Part shown: piece by piece, positions 9,417-18,741 of the stretch | Layout of the letters: each line of letters starts with the position of its first letter | Position numbering within the stretch: position 1 is the first letter of the stretch | Virus record (IMG/VR): IMGVR_UViG_3300042895_002216 | DNA length: 64,000 nt | DNA from: a virus | Taxonomy: Duplodnaviria > Heunggongvirae > Uroviricota > Caudoviricetes | Strand: one strand, 5' to 3' | Notes under the pieces: model-generated | Told to the model about the DNA's origin: nothing | Seen by the model: the letters and a program-made list of their open reading frames with translations, nothing else | The model's database searches: none | Made by a program: the position numbers and the translations under genes

Positions 9417-10849
9417 AACACATACAGCTATACGAAAGCTGGATATTTGAGAATGTCCAAGCAGCAAAAGCATACATGCTTAAGAGAGCAGCACAGTCTC
9501 TAGGAAAAGAAGTAAGTGAACTTACTCCTGAGGAACAGACTCGTGCTCTAAACAATCGTCAATACCTAGAAGTACTTGAATTACTTGGTCAAAAATACAA
9601 TGGTTACTTAGGAACTTTCGTTAAATTCCATTTCGAACAGAGAATTTCAGTAGACCAATTGAAACAACTATTGGACCAAATGATTAAGTACCGTCAACTA
9701 GTTAGCACTCTTCCATATACACTAGATGCCTATTCAAACGGAAATCCTGAACCTGGATCTACAGTTTCAGGTTTTGAAGCGCTAATGGACCAGTTCAGAA
9801 CATTTGAATTTAATTCCAAAGGTAAATGGATAATTGATGCTCTTCCTAGAGAACTTAGAGATCAGGCTCGTGCTCTTGATCCGGAAAAACAAAAGGAACT
9901 TATTCGTATTGGTTGGACAATCGCTGATCAGGGCGAAGCTATTCAAAAGAGAGTAATGTCCAAAGTTGCTCGCTACCGAACTATTCAAGATTTCATGAAG
10001 TATGCATTAGATATTTCAAGCTCAGATGAAGGTTCTCAAAAATTAGTAGCTCAAGCTGAAAGTCTTTCTCCTGAAATTCAGGTAATGTACGATGATAATA
10101 ATTACGTGGTCTTTTCAGTTAGGACTGAAGCTGCACAGAAAGCAATATTCCGTATGGCTAACTGGTGTCTAAACACTGGAAGTTGGGACTCTTATGTAAG
10201 TCGTGGAGTTCAATTAAATATCCTTAACTTTAATGTTCCGAATAGTGATCCAATGTTTGTAACTGGAACAACAGTCCTTGCCTCAGACTCAAGTGTTAAA
10301 GCGTCACACGATGCAAACGACCGCAATATAAAGAAAGATTCTGATCCAGCTACTCATTTACAAATGAACGGCTATCCGGAAGATCTTGTTAATCAAGTAA
10401 TTGCACTACTTCCGTCTGAGATAGTGGTGAAGACTGTTCTTGCAAATATTATGTCTAAAGCAGGAGTTGATGCAAAGATCCAATCACTTGCGGTTGCAGG
10501 TCATGATCTAGAAACCCTAACTGATCCAGTCGCTAGAGAACAGGTTGAAAGAGATTTGCTAATTATTATTGATAACGAATTTGAATCAGAGAATTTCTCA
10601 ACTGAAGCAATGTTGGAAGGATTCAAGAAACATGGAATACTTTCAATGTTCGCTGCTAAGCTATACCATAAACTTCTAGTAGGTAAAATCTCTCAAGAAG
10701 ATGTTGATGCAATCTTTGCTAAGACAGAAAGAGGCTTTGAACTCTTAACCAGAAATGTAAACAACTGGCCTGATCCAAAGATTAAGGCAAAGATTACTGC
10801 CGTGCTTGCCGCGAAAGATCAAATTCTGAATTTAGCAAGAACTGTCTAA
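9413..10849 (+). CDS. leader-family protein
   Basis: MKHIQLYESW leader. 478 aa. ATGA-type overlap with the upstream gene. Confidence 0.6.
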   Translation: MKHIQLYESWIFENVQAAKAYMLKRAAQSLGKEVSELTPEEQTRALNNRQYLEVLELLGQKYNGYLGTFVKFHFEQRISVDQLKQLLDQMIKYRQLVSTLPYTLDAYSNGNPEPGSTVSGFEALMDQFRTFEFNSKGKWIIDALPRELRDQARALDPEKQKELIRIGWTIADQGEAIQKRVMSKVARYRTIQDFMKYALDISSSDEGSQKLVAQAESLSPEIQVMYDDNNYVVFSVRTEAAQKAIFRMANWCLNTGSWDSYVSRGVQLNILNFNVPNSDPMFVTGTTVLASDSSVKASHDANDRNIKKDSDPATHLQMNGYPEDLVNQVIALLPSEIVVKTVLANIMSKAGVDAKIQSLAVAGHDLETLTDPVAREQVERDLLIIIDNEFESENFSTEAMLEGFKKHGILSMFAAKLYHKLLVGKISQEDVDAIFAKTERGFELLTRNVNNWPDPKIKAKITAVLAAKDQILNLARTV

Positions 10850-10873
10850 GACTTATTTAGTATAATAGTCTTA

Positions 10874-11488
10874 ATGATAGACAATTTACAACTTATTAAA
10901 CCCCTTTTAAACTTTTCAGAGAAGGGAGACTTCTATATGCTGTACGTGTTTAAACGTAAGAAGGATCAGCCGGAGGGAGAGAGAGACAATCACCAGTCAG
11001 TTAGAACAATCAAAACCTATTGTATTGAAAGCCTTGACCATTTAGATAGAAGATGGGAAGAGATCTTGCAGTTATGTGAGATGTTTAAGGCTCGTGCATA
11101 CATTCATGTACAAAAACAGAATCATTTTGACGTTAGCTTAAACATGATGGTTGCTCTTGCTCAAAGAATTCAAGACGGCAACACCAATCAAAAGGGTCTG
11201 TTCGACTCAGTCGTCGGTCAAATCAAAACTCAAGAAAAGAGATGGATTGTTGATATCGATACTAAAGATGAGATCACAGTTCATAGGATCGTTCATATAA
11301 TCGATTCAAATATAAAGCCTGAGGGCTCAAAGATTATTACATGTATTCCAACCAAGAACGGTTATCACCTGATCACCAAGCGTTTTGATGTATTGGAGTT
11401 TACAAAATACATGAAACTTCAAGGAGATGTTCCAGATATTCAAAAGAAGAACCCTACTTTATTATATTATCCAAATAGTTTAGATTAA
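10874..11488 (+). CDS. hypothetical protein
   Basis: 204-aa ORF. The TAGTATAATAG motif at 10858-10868 ends about 6 nt before the ATG, suggesting a leaderless mRNA. Confidence 0.5.
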   Translation: MIDNLQLIKPLLNFSEKGDFYMLYVFKRKKDQPEGERDNHQSVRTIKTYCIESLDHLDRRWEEILQLCEMFKARAYIHVQKQNHFDVSLNMMVALAQRIQDGNTNQKGLFDSVVGQIKTQEKRWIVDIDTKDEITVHRIVHIIDSNIKPEGSKIITCIPTKNGYHLITKRFDVLEFTKYMKLQGDVPDIQKKNPTLLYYPNSLD

Positions 11489-11490
11489 TT

Positions 11491-11688
11491 ATGCAAAATC
11501 AAATCATTCAAGACGTATGTCTTTATTTCTTATTCGGTATTTGTTGGATGATACTCGTTGAGTACATCGACTCCAAACAACCTGAGAAACAGTTAACTGT
11601 AATTGCTAGAATAGTAATTATCGTAACGTGGCCGCTAGCCGCATTCATTGGGATCCTAACCCTAATTCGAAAATCATTAAACAATTAA
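11491..11688 (+). CDS. small membrane protein
   Basis: 65 aa with two hydrophobic helices. Confidence 0.4.
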   Translation: MQNQIIQDVCLYFLFGICWMILVEYIDSKQPEKQLTVIARIVIIVTWPLAAFIGILTLIRKSLNN

Positions 11689-11690
11689 CA

Positions 11691-11900
11691 ATGGCAAAAA
11701 CCGTAGTAGTAAAAGAACAGTTCAGAACAAACGAACTAAGCCTAAACCCAGGTGGGTACACAGTTACCGTAGTATATTCAAACGGCGACAAGCGAGTTTA
11801 TAATAACGTAAAGAATCCCAAAGCCTACATTGGATCAATATCGAAAGCACAAGATGTTTCTCAAGCCCTAGTTGACGGAGAACTTTATTGGTCTCGATAA
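11691..11900 (+). CDS. hypothetical protein
   Basis: Start moved to MAKTVVVKEQ to avoid overlapping the previous gene. Confidence 0.4.
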   Translation: MAKTVVVKEQFRTNELSLNPGGYTVTVVYSNGDKRVYNNVKNPKAYIGSISKAQDVSQALVDGELYWSR

Positions 11901-11916
11901 ATAACTAGAAAGCACT

Positions 11917-12723
11917 ATGCATAAATTAAGTTTCGTTTGCACGTCCTATCGTAGGTACCGTTGCGTTGAACGAATAATCGAACAGTACTTACAACAAGAC
12001 TATCGAAATGCTGAGCTAATTATCTTAAATACTGATACTGACAATCCATTTCGGTTATCTGATGGATTGCTGTATGCAAATATTACAGTAATTAATAATT
12101 CAATTGATTACGTTACTGGATTACCGTATACTAATCGTGGAGCCATTTGTAGAGATGCAGTCTCCCATGCAACTGGCGACTACTTCATGTTAGCTGATGA
12201 CGATGATGTTTACTTGCCTTGGCATTTTAGACAAGCAGTTGAAGGTATAATTGAAATCGGGCACGATTCATGGAAACCTGAGATGAGTATGTTTGCGGCT
12301 CCTAATAAGCTAGAGCTTGTTCGTAATACAATGGAGGCATCCGTTATTGTAAAGATGCACAGAATCAGAGAGATTGGTTTCCGAACTGATGCAACCGGGT
12401 ATGAAGGTTTAAGCTGGTACACCAAGCTTAGAGATGAGGGTCAATTGGACGAGCACAACCCACGATATATTCCTTCTTACTGCTTTAACTGGTCAGATCC
12501 AGCTGAATTGGCTGGCCATAAACAGAGCGGCGATATCAACAATCCAAATAACTTTGAGAACCATAAGTTAAGTTCAAGAGATATTTCAGATAAGCCACTA
12601 GATCGCTGCGGCTCTCTAGAGATTACTAAGTTCTATCAAAAGTACTTTGATTTCTTACGAGCAAATCAAGATAAGTTCAGTCAAGATCTTTGGGGCAGGT
12701 ACGCAAAAACGTATATCGGTTAA
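11917..12723 (+). CDS. glycosyltransferase-like protein (GT-A fold, DxD)
   Basis: LSFVCTSYRRYR..IILNTDTDN..GDYFMLADDDDVYLP resembles the nucleotide-sugar binding region and DxD motif of GT-A glycosyltransferases. ATAAATAAC at 11897-11905. Confidence 0.5.
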   Translation: MHKLSFVCTSYRRYRCVERIIEQYLQQDYRNAELIILNTDTDNPFRLSDGLLYANITVINNSIDYVTGLPYTNRGAICRDAVSHATGDYFMLADDDDVYLPWHFRQAVEGIIEIGHDSWKPEMSMFAAPNKLELVRNTMEASVIVKMHRIREIGFRTDATGYEGLSWYTKLRDEGQLDEHNPRYIPSYCFNWSDPAELAGHKQSGDINNPNNFENHKLSSRDISDKPLDRCGSLEITKFYQKYFDFLRANQDKFSQDLWGRYAKTYIG

Positions 12724-12747
12724 GAATTTGTCTAATAAATAACTTAG

Positions 12748-13893
12748 ATGAAACACTTAAAACCATACAACCAGTTCCTTAATGAGGGAGAATTCTACAA
12801 AGGAGAATTGAACTCTATATTCTGGCAGGACCAGAAGTTTAACCCAGAGGTTCGTACGAAACTTTTGCAGATTGCAACTGATTTCTATACTGACCTAAAA
12901 GTTGAAGCACCAATCATAGACATTCATTTGACTGGATCTCTAGCTAACTTTAACTGGACAGAACACTCTGACTTGGACGTCCATGTTATTCTAGACTTTA
13001 CTATTATCGGAGATGACGTTGAGCTTGTAAAGAAAGCAGTTGATGGATTACGTTTTATCTGGAATCTTAGACACCCAGTAAAGATCCAAGGTTTTGATGT
13101 TGAATTGTATGCACAAGACAAGGACGAACCACACGTTGCATCAGGTTTATATTCCCTAATGAAAGACGAATGGATCACGGTTCCTGAACCAAGTAATCCA
13201 CAGATTGACGAAAAGGATGTTTACCGTAAAGTAGAGGCATTCATTACTGAAATTGAGGAACTTGAAAAGGAAGTAGTTAAGTCAGATTCAGATCAGGCTA
13301 GAGAAGTACAGGACAGAATCTCTGCTCTTAAACAGAAAATCATGAAGGCTCGTAAAGAGGGTCTTGCTGCAAACGGTGAGTTCTCTATCGAGAATCTAGT
13401 ATTTAAACAGTTGCGTAATCAAGGTTACCTTGAGAGATTGATTGACTTAGGCGCTGATGCATATTCCCATATCTATTCTGAACCAAACGATTCACTAGAC
13501 GATAAGCCATCTGATGTAAACGAAAATATCTCAATGGGAAAAGGCAGTTGCGTTCTAGTACTTGGTCCTGAAGTTCAGGGTCAAAAGAGACTATTCGCGT
13601 TTCATGCAGAATACATTAATGAAGTTGAACGAAACGGTTGGCAAGTAAAAATGGTTGGACTTGGCGCTCCAAGTCTGGTTGTTAATCAAGACGGTAGACT
13701 TGTTGCAAAGCAGGTTAACATGAATGCTGCTAATCTAAAGAAGTTCGCAGGTCTTTCCAGCAATACAGTAGTCTTAAATTCAAAAACCAAGACCCCATAC
13801 TGGCACCAAACCGTTAAGTACACGAATCATCAAACTCTACTAAACGACATGGGTCGTACATTAATGTCAATTCCCGGAGTTTCTTTCGACTAA
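12748..13893 (+). CDS. leader-family protein with minimal nucleotidyltransferase (Pol-beta-like) domain
   Basis: MKHLKPYNQFLNE leader. LTGSLANFNWTEHSDLDVHVILDF matches the GS..(9-13)..D-x-D signature of the minimal NTase fold. ATAAATAAC at 12735-12743. Confidence 0.6.
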   Translation: MKHLKPYNQFLNEGEFYKGELNSIFWQDQKFNPEVRTKLLQIATDFYTDLKVEAPIIDIHLTGSLANFNWTEHSDLDVHVILDFTIIGDDVELVKKAVDGLRFIWNLRHPVKIQGFDVELYAQDKDEPHVASGLYSLMKDEWITVPEPSNPQIDEKDVYRKVEAFITEIEELEKEVVKSDSDQAREVQDRISALKQKIMKARKEGLAANGEFSIENLVFKQLRNQGYLERLIDLGADAYSHIYSEPNDSLDDKPSDVNENISMGKGSCVLVLGPEVQGQKRLFAFHAEYINEVERNGWQVKMVGLGAPSLVVNQDGRLVAKQVNMNAANLKKFAGLSSNTVVLNSKTKTPYWHQTVKYTNHQTLLNDMGRTLMSIPGVSFD

Positions 13894-14001
13894 TCTTATC
13901 ACTTACTGTAGTATAATAACAACAAGCGTAAATACTATTGGGCTTGACAGAAATATCTATGTCTTAAAACTTTTAGGACTTTTACAAATACAATAGACAA
14001 T

Positions 14002-15837
14002 ATGGCATCAAACAAAGAAATCAGTAAAAAGTACCAGTTACTTGACGAGATCGAACACGTTCTGAAAAGACCGGGTATGTACATTGGCTCGACTAAACCT
14101 CACACAGGAAACGAATGGATCCTTGAAGATGATGTTTACGAAAAATACGAGCTAAGCTACAATCCAGGATTTTTGAAGTTATTCGATGAAATCATTTCAA
14201 ACTCAGTGGACGAACACAAGAGAACTGGTAAAATCAATACAATTAAAGTAAACGTTACTCTCGATACAATTACGGTATGGGATAACGGCGGAATTCCAGT
14301 AGTACAACACCCTGACCATAAAGTTTGGATTCCTGAATTAATCTTCTCTAATCTTAGAGCCGGTTCTAATTTCAATGACGATGAAGGTCGTACTGTCGCT
14401 GGAACAAATGGAGTTGGTGCATCGCTAGTAAATATCTTTTCAAAGAAGTTTATTATTGATACAGCAGACGGCAAGAATAGACTTTTACAAATCTTTACAG
14501 ATAACATGTCAAAGAGAACCTCTGCTAAGATTTCAAAAACGGCTCAAGGCTTTACTGAAATAACTTACGTACCTGATCTTGCTCGTTTTGAAATGGAAGA
14601 GATTGACTCGGCTCATTGGAAAATGATGCGTAAGCGAGTAATCGATATTGCTGCTGCAAATCCTGGACTTAAATTAGAATTCTGTGGAGAGAAATACAAG
14701 TTTAAAACATTTAAGGAGTACGTTGATCTTTACGTAAAGGATTCCATTTGGGAAAAGTCAAAGGACTGGGAGTTTGCAATGGGAGTTTCAAAGGATGGAT
14801 ACCAATCAATATCGTTCGTTAACTCAATTCAAACAAAAGACGGTGGAACTCATGAGAACTATATCTTGAATCAGGTTATTGAGCATCTCAGAGTTATGAT
14901 AAAGAAGAAGCATAAAGTTGATGTTAAACCTTCTGAAATCAAGAATCACATATTCCTTTTTATAAATTGTACAGTAATTAATCCAGCATTCTCTTCGCAA
15001 ACTAAAGAGAAGCTTATTACTGAAGCAAAAGAATTTGGAACCAAGCATGACGTAACTGAAAAGTTCGCAAAAGCAGTCTTTACATCAGAAGTAATCCAGT
15101 CTCTACTTGATTGGATTGAACAAAAGAAAAATGCCGAGGAACGAGCAGAGCTTCGTAAACTAAACAAGTCCTTGGCGAATACAAAAGTTTTAAAATTAAT
15201 TGATGCAAAAGGTAAGGATCGTAGCAAATGTGTCTTGGGAATATTTGAAGGTATGTCAGCACTATCTGCCGTTCGTAAATTCAGAGATCCTCAAAATTTT
15301 GGGGCCTTTCCATTAAAAGGTAAGTTCTTAAACGTCAGTGAGATGACAAACTCTGGAGTCATCCAGAATGATGAGGTCGTCCAGCTTATGGCATCATTAG
15401 GAATCAAATTAGGAGAGGAACCGGGTGATCTGAGATATGGAAAAGTATACATCTATACTGATGCAGATCCAGACGGAGACTCTATTGCAAGTCTACTAAT
15501 CAACTTCTTTAATAAGTACTGGCCGGAACTATTTAATCAGGGCAGAATCTTTAAGGTAATGACCCCATTAGTTGTAGCTAAGAAAGGAAAAGAGGTAAAG
15601 CCATTCTATTCAAATGACGAGTACTCTGCATGGGAAAAGAAAACCGGCGCAAGGGGCTGGGATGTTGAATACAAAAAGGGTCTTGCTGCACTAGAGGATG
15701 TAGAGTACAGAGACATTATTCACAGCCCAGTTCTAGTTAATATACAGAATGACAAGCTGTACAAGGACAGTTTATCAAACTGGTTCGGGTCAGATTCAGA
15801 ACCACGTAAAGAGAAACTACTTAAACTTTCAATATAA
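14002..15837 (+). CDS. type II DNA topoisomerase large subunit (ATPase + Toprim; T4 gp39 / GyrB-ParE homolog)
   Basis: RPGMYIGS and IISNSVDE (GHKL ATPase). Toprim FEGMSA and YTDADPDGDSIASLL. TAGTATAATAA at 13899-13909. Confidence 0.85.
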   Translation: MASNKEISKKYQLLDEIEHVLKRPGMYIGSTKPHTGNEWILEDDVYEKYELSYNPGFLKLFDEIISNSVDEHKRTGKINTIKVNVTLDTITVWDNGGIPVVQHPDHKVWIPELIFSNLRAGSNFNDDEGRTVAGTNGVGASLVNIFSKKFIIDTADGKNRLLQIFTDNMSKRTSAKISKTAQGFTEITYVPDLARFEMEEIDSAHWKMMRKRVIDIAAANPGLKLEFCGEKYKFKTFKEYVDLYVKDSIWEKSKDWEFAMGVSKDGYQSISFVNSIQTKDGGTHENYILNQVIEHLRVMIKKKHKVDVKPSEIKNHIFLFINCTVINPAFSSQTKEKLITEAKEFGTKHDVTEKFAKAVFTSEVIQSLLDWIEQKKNAEERAELRKLNKSLANTKVLKLIDAKGKDRSKCVLGIFEGMSALSAVRKFRDPQNFGAFPLKGKFLNVSEMTNSGVIQNDEVVQLMASLGIKLGEEPGDLRYGKVYIYTDADPDGDSIASLLINFFNKYWPELFNQGRIFKVMTPLVVAKKGKEVKPFYSNDEYSAWEKKTGARGWDVEYKKGLAALEDVEYRDIIHSPVLVNIQNDKLYKDSLSNWFGSDSEPRKEKLLKLSI

Positions 15838-16220
15838 TGACAGACAACAAAACGTTAATCCTTGCAGAGTTTGAAAAACTTAAAGGACAATTTGTAATCA
15901 ATGCAAGCTGGGATATCGAAAGATTAGTAGCAGTCGGAGAAGACGAGATGGACTATTACTGGATAACATACGATGGCCGAAAACTCAAATGGAATACTTG
16001 CGTTGGAGGTCTTATGCCACTTAAAGGCCATTTACGAGATAAAGATTATGCTGAGTTAGTTAGATTAGCTAAGCTAAACCATTTCGATCAGGCAACGGTT
16101 TGGGGAAATAGAAATCCGGAAGAGGCTGAAGCCTTTAATCAAAACCATATTGCTGAGCTTGTGCAATTACCCGAAGATCACAGGTTCCTAACGAAAGTTT
16201 GTCTAGAATTAAACTCATGA
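15837..16220 (+). CDS. hypothetical protein
   Basis: 127 aa. ATGA-coupled to neighbours on both sides. Confidence 0.5.
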   Translation: MTDNKTLILAEFEKLKGQFVINASWDIERLVAVGEDEMDYYWITYDGRKLKWNTCVGGLMPLKGHLRDKDYAELVRLAKLNHFDQATVWGNRNPEEAEAFNQNHIAELVQLPEDHRFLTKVCLELNS

Positions 16221-16909
16221 AAATAGAAGCACTATTCATATCAGACGTTCACCTTGGAAGTAAGGGCTCAAACGCGGCTGCGTTATTGGAAACGCTAAAG
16301 AAGTACGAACCTAAAAGGTTATTCATTGTGGGAGACTTCATTGACGGCTGGCTCTTGAAGAAGAGACACTATTGGACTCAAGACTACACTAACGTAATTA
16401 GAAAAATCTTGTCCTACTCAAAGAAGGGAACGATTGTAACCTACATTACTGGAAATCACGATGAGTTTCTAAGACACTATTCTCCACAGACTTTCGGTAG
16501 TAATATCGAAATCGTGGATGAAGTTATTTGGAAGGGATATTACATAACTCATGGAGACCTATACGATGGAGTCGTTAGCTTAAAATGGCTAGCTCATTTA
16601 GGATCAGCCGGTTATGAATTAGCAATTACCCTTGACCGATTCATGAAACGATTAGGATACAAAAAATCTCTGTCGAAATGGGCAAAGGATTCAGTGAAAG
16701 GTGCAGTTAAATTCATTACTTCATTTGAAGATCAATTAGTTTATCAAGCAAAACGCCGAGGTTGCAAAGGAGTTATATGCGGACACATACATAAACCTGA
16801 AAACCGAACGATTGATTCAATCCACTATCTTAACTGTGGAGATTGGATAGAAAATAACAGTTACATCATTTATGATAAAGGACATTTTAACCATTATAAT
16901 TCCCTGTAA
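16217..16909 (+). CDS. calcineurin-like metallophosphoesterase (LpxH-like)
   Basis: ISDVHLG, GDFIDGW, GNHDEF and GHIHKPE are the metal-binding motifs of the metallophosphoesterase fold. ATGA start overlap. Confidence 0.7.
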   Translation: MKIEALFISDVHLGSKGSNAAALLETLKKYEPKRLFIVGDFIDGWLLKKRHYWTQDYTNVIRKILSYSKKGTIVTYITGNHDEFLRHYSPQTFGSNIEIVDEVIWKGYYITHGDLYDGVVSLKWLAHLGSAGYELAITLDRFMKRLGYKKSLSKWAKDSVKGAVKFITSFEDQLVYQAKRRGCKGVICGHIHKPENRTIDSIHYLNCGDWIENNSYIIYDKGHFNHYNSL

Positions 16910-17576
16910 GAACGAAGAGACTTACATAATTAAAACACTAGAATCAATTGAAAGACAGAAATATTCAGAGGGCTTACGAGTTATAATAGCTGATGCAAAC
17001 TCAACTGACTCTACTCGGAGTTTAATCGAAGACTTTGCAACTGATAGTAAACTATGTGTTGAAATAATTGATGGAGGTCCAGTTGCAGTAGGCCGAAACA
17101 CTGGAGCAGATTTAGTAACTACTGATTGGCTACTTTTCATAGATGCGGATACTCAATTACTAAATCATGAAACCTTATTTAATTGCGTCTACCATACCAT
17201 CTTTGGAACTTACGATATAATAACGTGCACGGTTAAACCGGCTGAACCTAATGCTAAAGTATGGATTGCACATAAGTTATTTAGAGTGACCCAAGCTATT
17301 TTACCGGAATCATTTTGCCCAGGAGTATTCTTCTTAATTAGAAAATCAACATACCTGCAATTTGGTAAATTTGACGAGAGCGTGCAGCATTCAGAAGACT
17401 ACTTATTATCTAGGAATATCAAAAAAGATAAGTTTTTAATATTACCAGACGGAGTTACTCAAGACGATAGGCGTTTTAAAAAAATGGGTTACTTTGGAAT
17501 GTTTAAATTTATATTCAATAATTACATTAATCGTAAAAACCTAGACCACTTTAGAAAAAACATAAACTATTGGTGA
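16872..17576 (+). CDS. family 2 glycosyltransferase
   Basis: ILTIIIPCKNEETYIIKTLESIERQKY ... RVIIADANSTDST ... LFIDADTQL is typical of the GT2 N-terminal region and DxD. Confidence 0.7.
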   Translation: MIKDILTIIIPCKNEETYIIKTLESIERQKYSEGLRVIIADANSTDSTRSLIEDFATDSKLCVEIIDGGPVAVGRNTGADLVTTDWLLFIDADTQLLNHETLFNCVYHTIFGTYDIITCTVKPAEPNAKVWIAHKLFRVTQAILPESFCPGVFFLIRKSTYLQFGKFDESVQHSEDYLLSRNIKKDKFLILPDGVTQDDRRFKKMGYFGMFKFIFNNYINRKNLDHFRKNINYW

Positions 17577-17598
17577 TCAATTAAAGTACAATAACTAA

Positions 17599-18741
17599 AT
17601 GAATGTAAACCAAATAAAAACAGAAATTCTTTCAGGTTTAACTATTGCAATTGCTCTTGTACCTGAAGCAATTTCATTTGCTTTATTAGTCGGAGCTTCT
17701 CCTCAAATTGGATTATGGGCAGCAGTCTTCATGGCTCTGTCTACTGCAATATTCGGCGGAAGACCTGGTTTAATTAGTGGAGCGACTGGGGCAACTGCCG
17801 TAATTATGGCCGGCCTCGTATCAATTGCTGGAATTGAATCGCTTTTCCTTGGAGTAGTAGTTGCTGGAATTATTCAATTGATAATTTGGGCTTCAGGTGC
17901 ATGGAAAATATTTAAAAAGATTCCGCCTTCTGCTATTTCAGGTTTCTTAATTGCACTAGCGATTATGATTTTAGTAAGCCAGTTTAAATACTTAACTATC
18001 GGTAATCCATCTTCTACTGGCCTAATATTAACTATATCAACTATATTATTATGCGCAGCTGCAATGATATGGTCCTCACGGAAATTTAGTTTTCCTCCAG
18101 CGTTAGTGTCGATTACAGTTGGTTGCTTAATGGGAATTCCATTAGGCTTAGCGACAGTCGGCGATCTATCGCCAGTAACCGCAAGCTTGCCAACGCTAGC
18201 TATCCCAACCTTTAGTTGGAGTCTGCTATTGACAGTCTTACCGTATTCATTCGGGATGGCTGTGTCTGGCTTAACTGAATCTCTGTTGACTGTCGATACT
18301 GTGTCTCATAAATTAAATGAACACGGCGATAAAGCAAAAGAGACATTTGCTCAAGGGCTTGGTAATATAGTTAGCGGATTCTTTGGAACAATGGGAGGCT
18401 GCGTCCTAGTCGGACAGACTAATTTAAACGTAAATGCTGGAGCAAAGCATCGACTCTCTGGAATAGTTGCAGGGATTGGGCTCTCTCTAATTATTCTATT
18501 GTTTGGGAAATGGATTGAACAACTACCGCTAGTTGGATTAATTGGAGTAATGTTGGTAGTTGTATATCAAACTGGGGATTGGCAAAGCATAAAATCAGGA
18601 AATAAACTTAACTTATTGAGTATTATATTGACAGTTATTATTTCGTTAGCTACTCATAACTTAGCAATCGGTGTAATCATCGGGTCAATTGTATTCTATT
18701 TTAGTAAATTAATATTAAAGCATGACACACGTAAAGAATAA
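17599..18741 (+). CDS. polytopic membrane protein, SulP/anion-permease-like
   Basis: About 10 predicted TM helices. The N-terminal GLTIAIALVPEAISFALLVGASPQIGLWAA resembles the SulP permease core. No STAS domain. Confidence 0.5.
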   Translation: MNVNQIKTEILSGLTIAIALVPEAISFALLVGASPQIGLWAAVFMALSTAIFGGRPGLISGATGATAVIMAGLVSIAGIESLFLGVVVAGIIQLIIWASGAWKIFKKIPPSAISGFLIALAIMILVSQFKYLTIGNPSSTGLILTISTILLCAAAMIWSSRKFSFPPALVSITVGCLMGIPLGLATVGDLSPVTASLPTLAIPTFSWSLLLTVLPYSFGMAVSGLTESLLTVDTVSHKLNEHGDKAKETFAQGLGNIVSGFFGTMGGCVLVGQTNLNVNAGAKHRLSGIVAGIGLSLIILLFGKWIEQLPLVGLIGVMLVVVYQTGDWQSIKSGNKLNLLSIILTVIISLATHNLAIGVIIGSIVFYFSKLILKHDTRKE

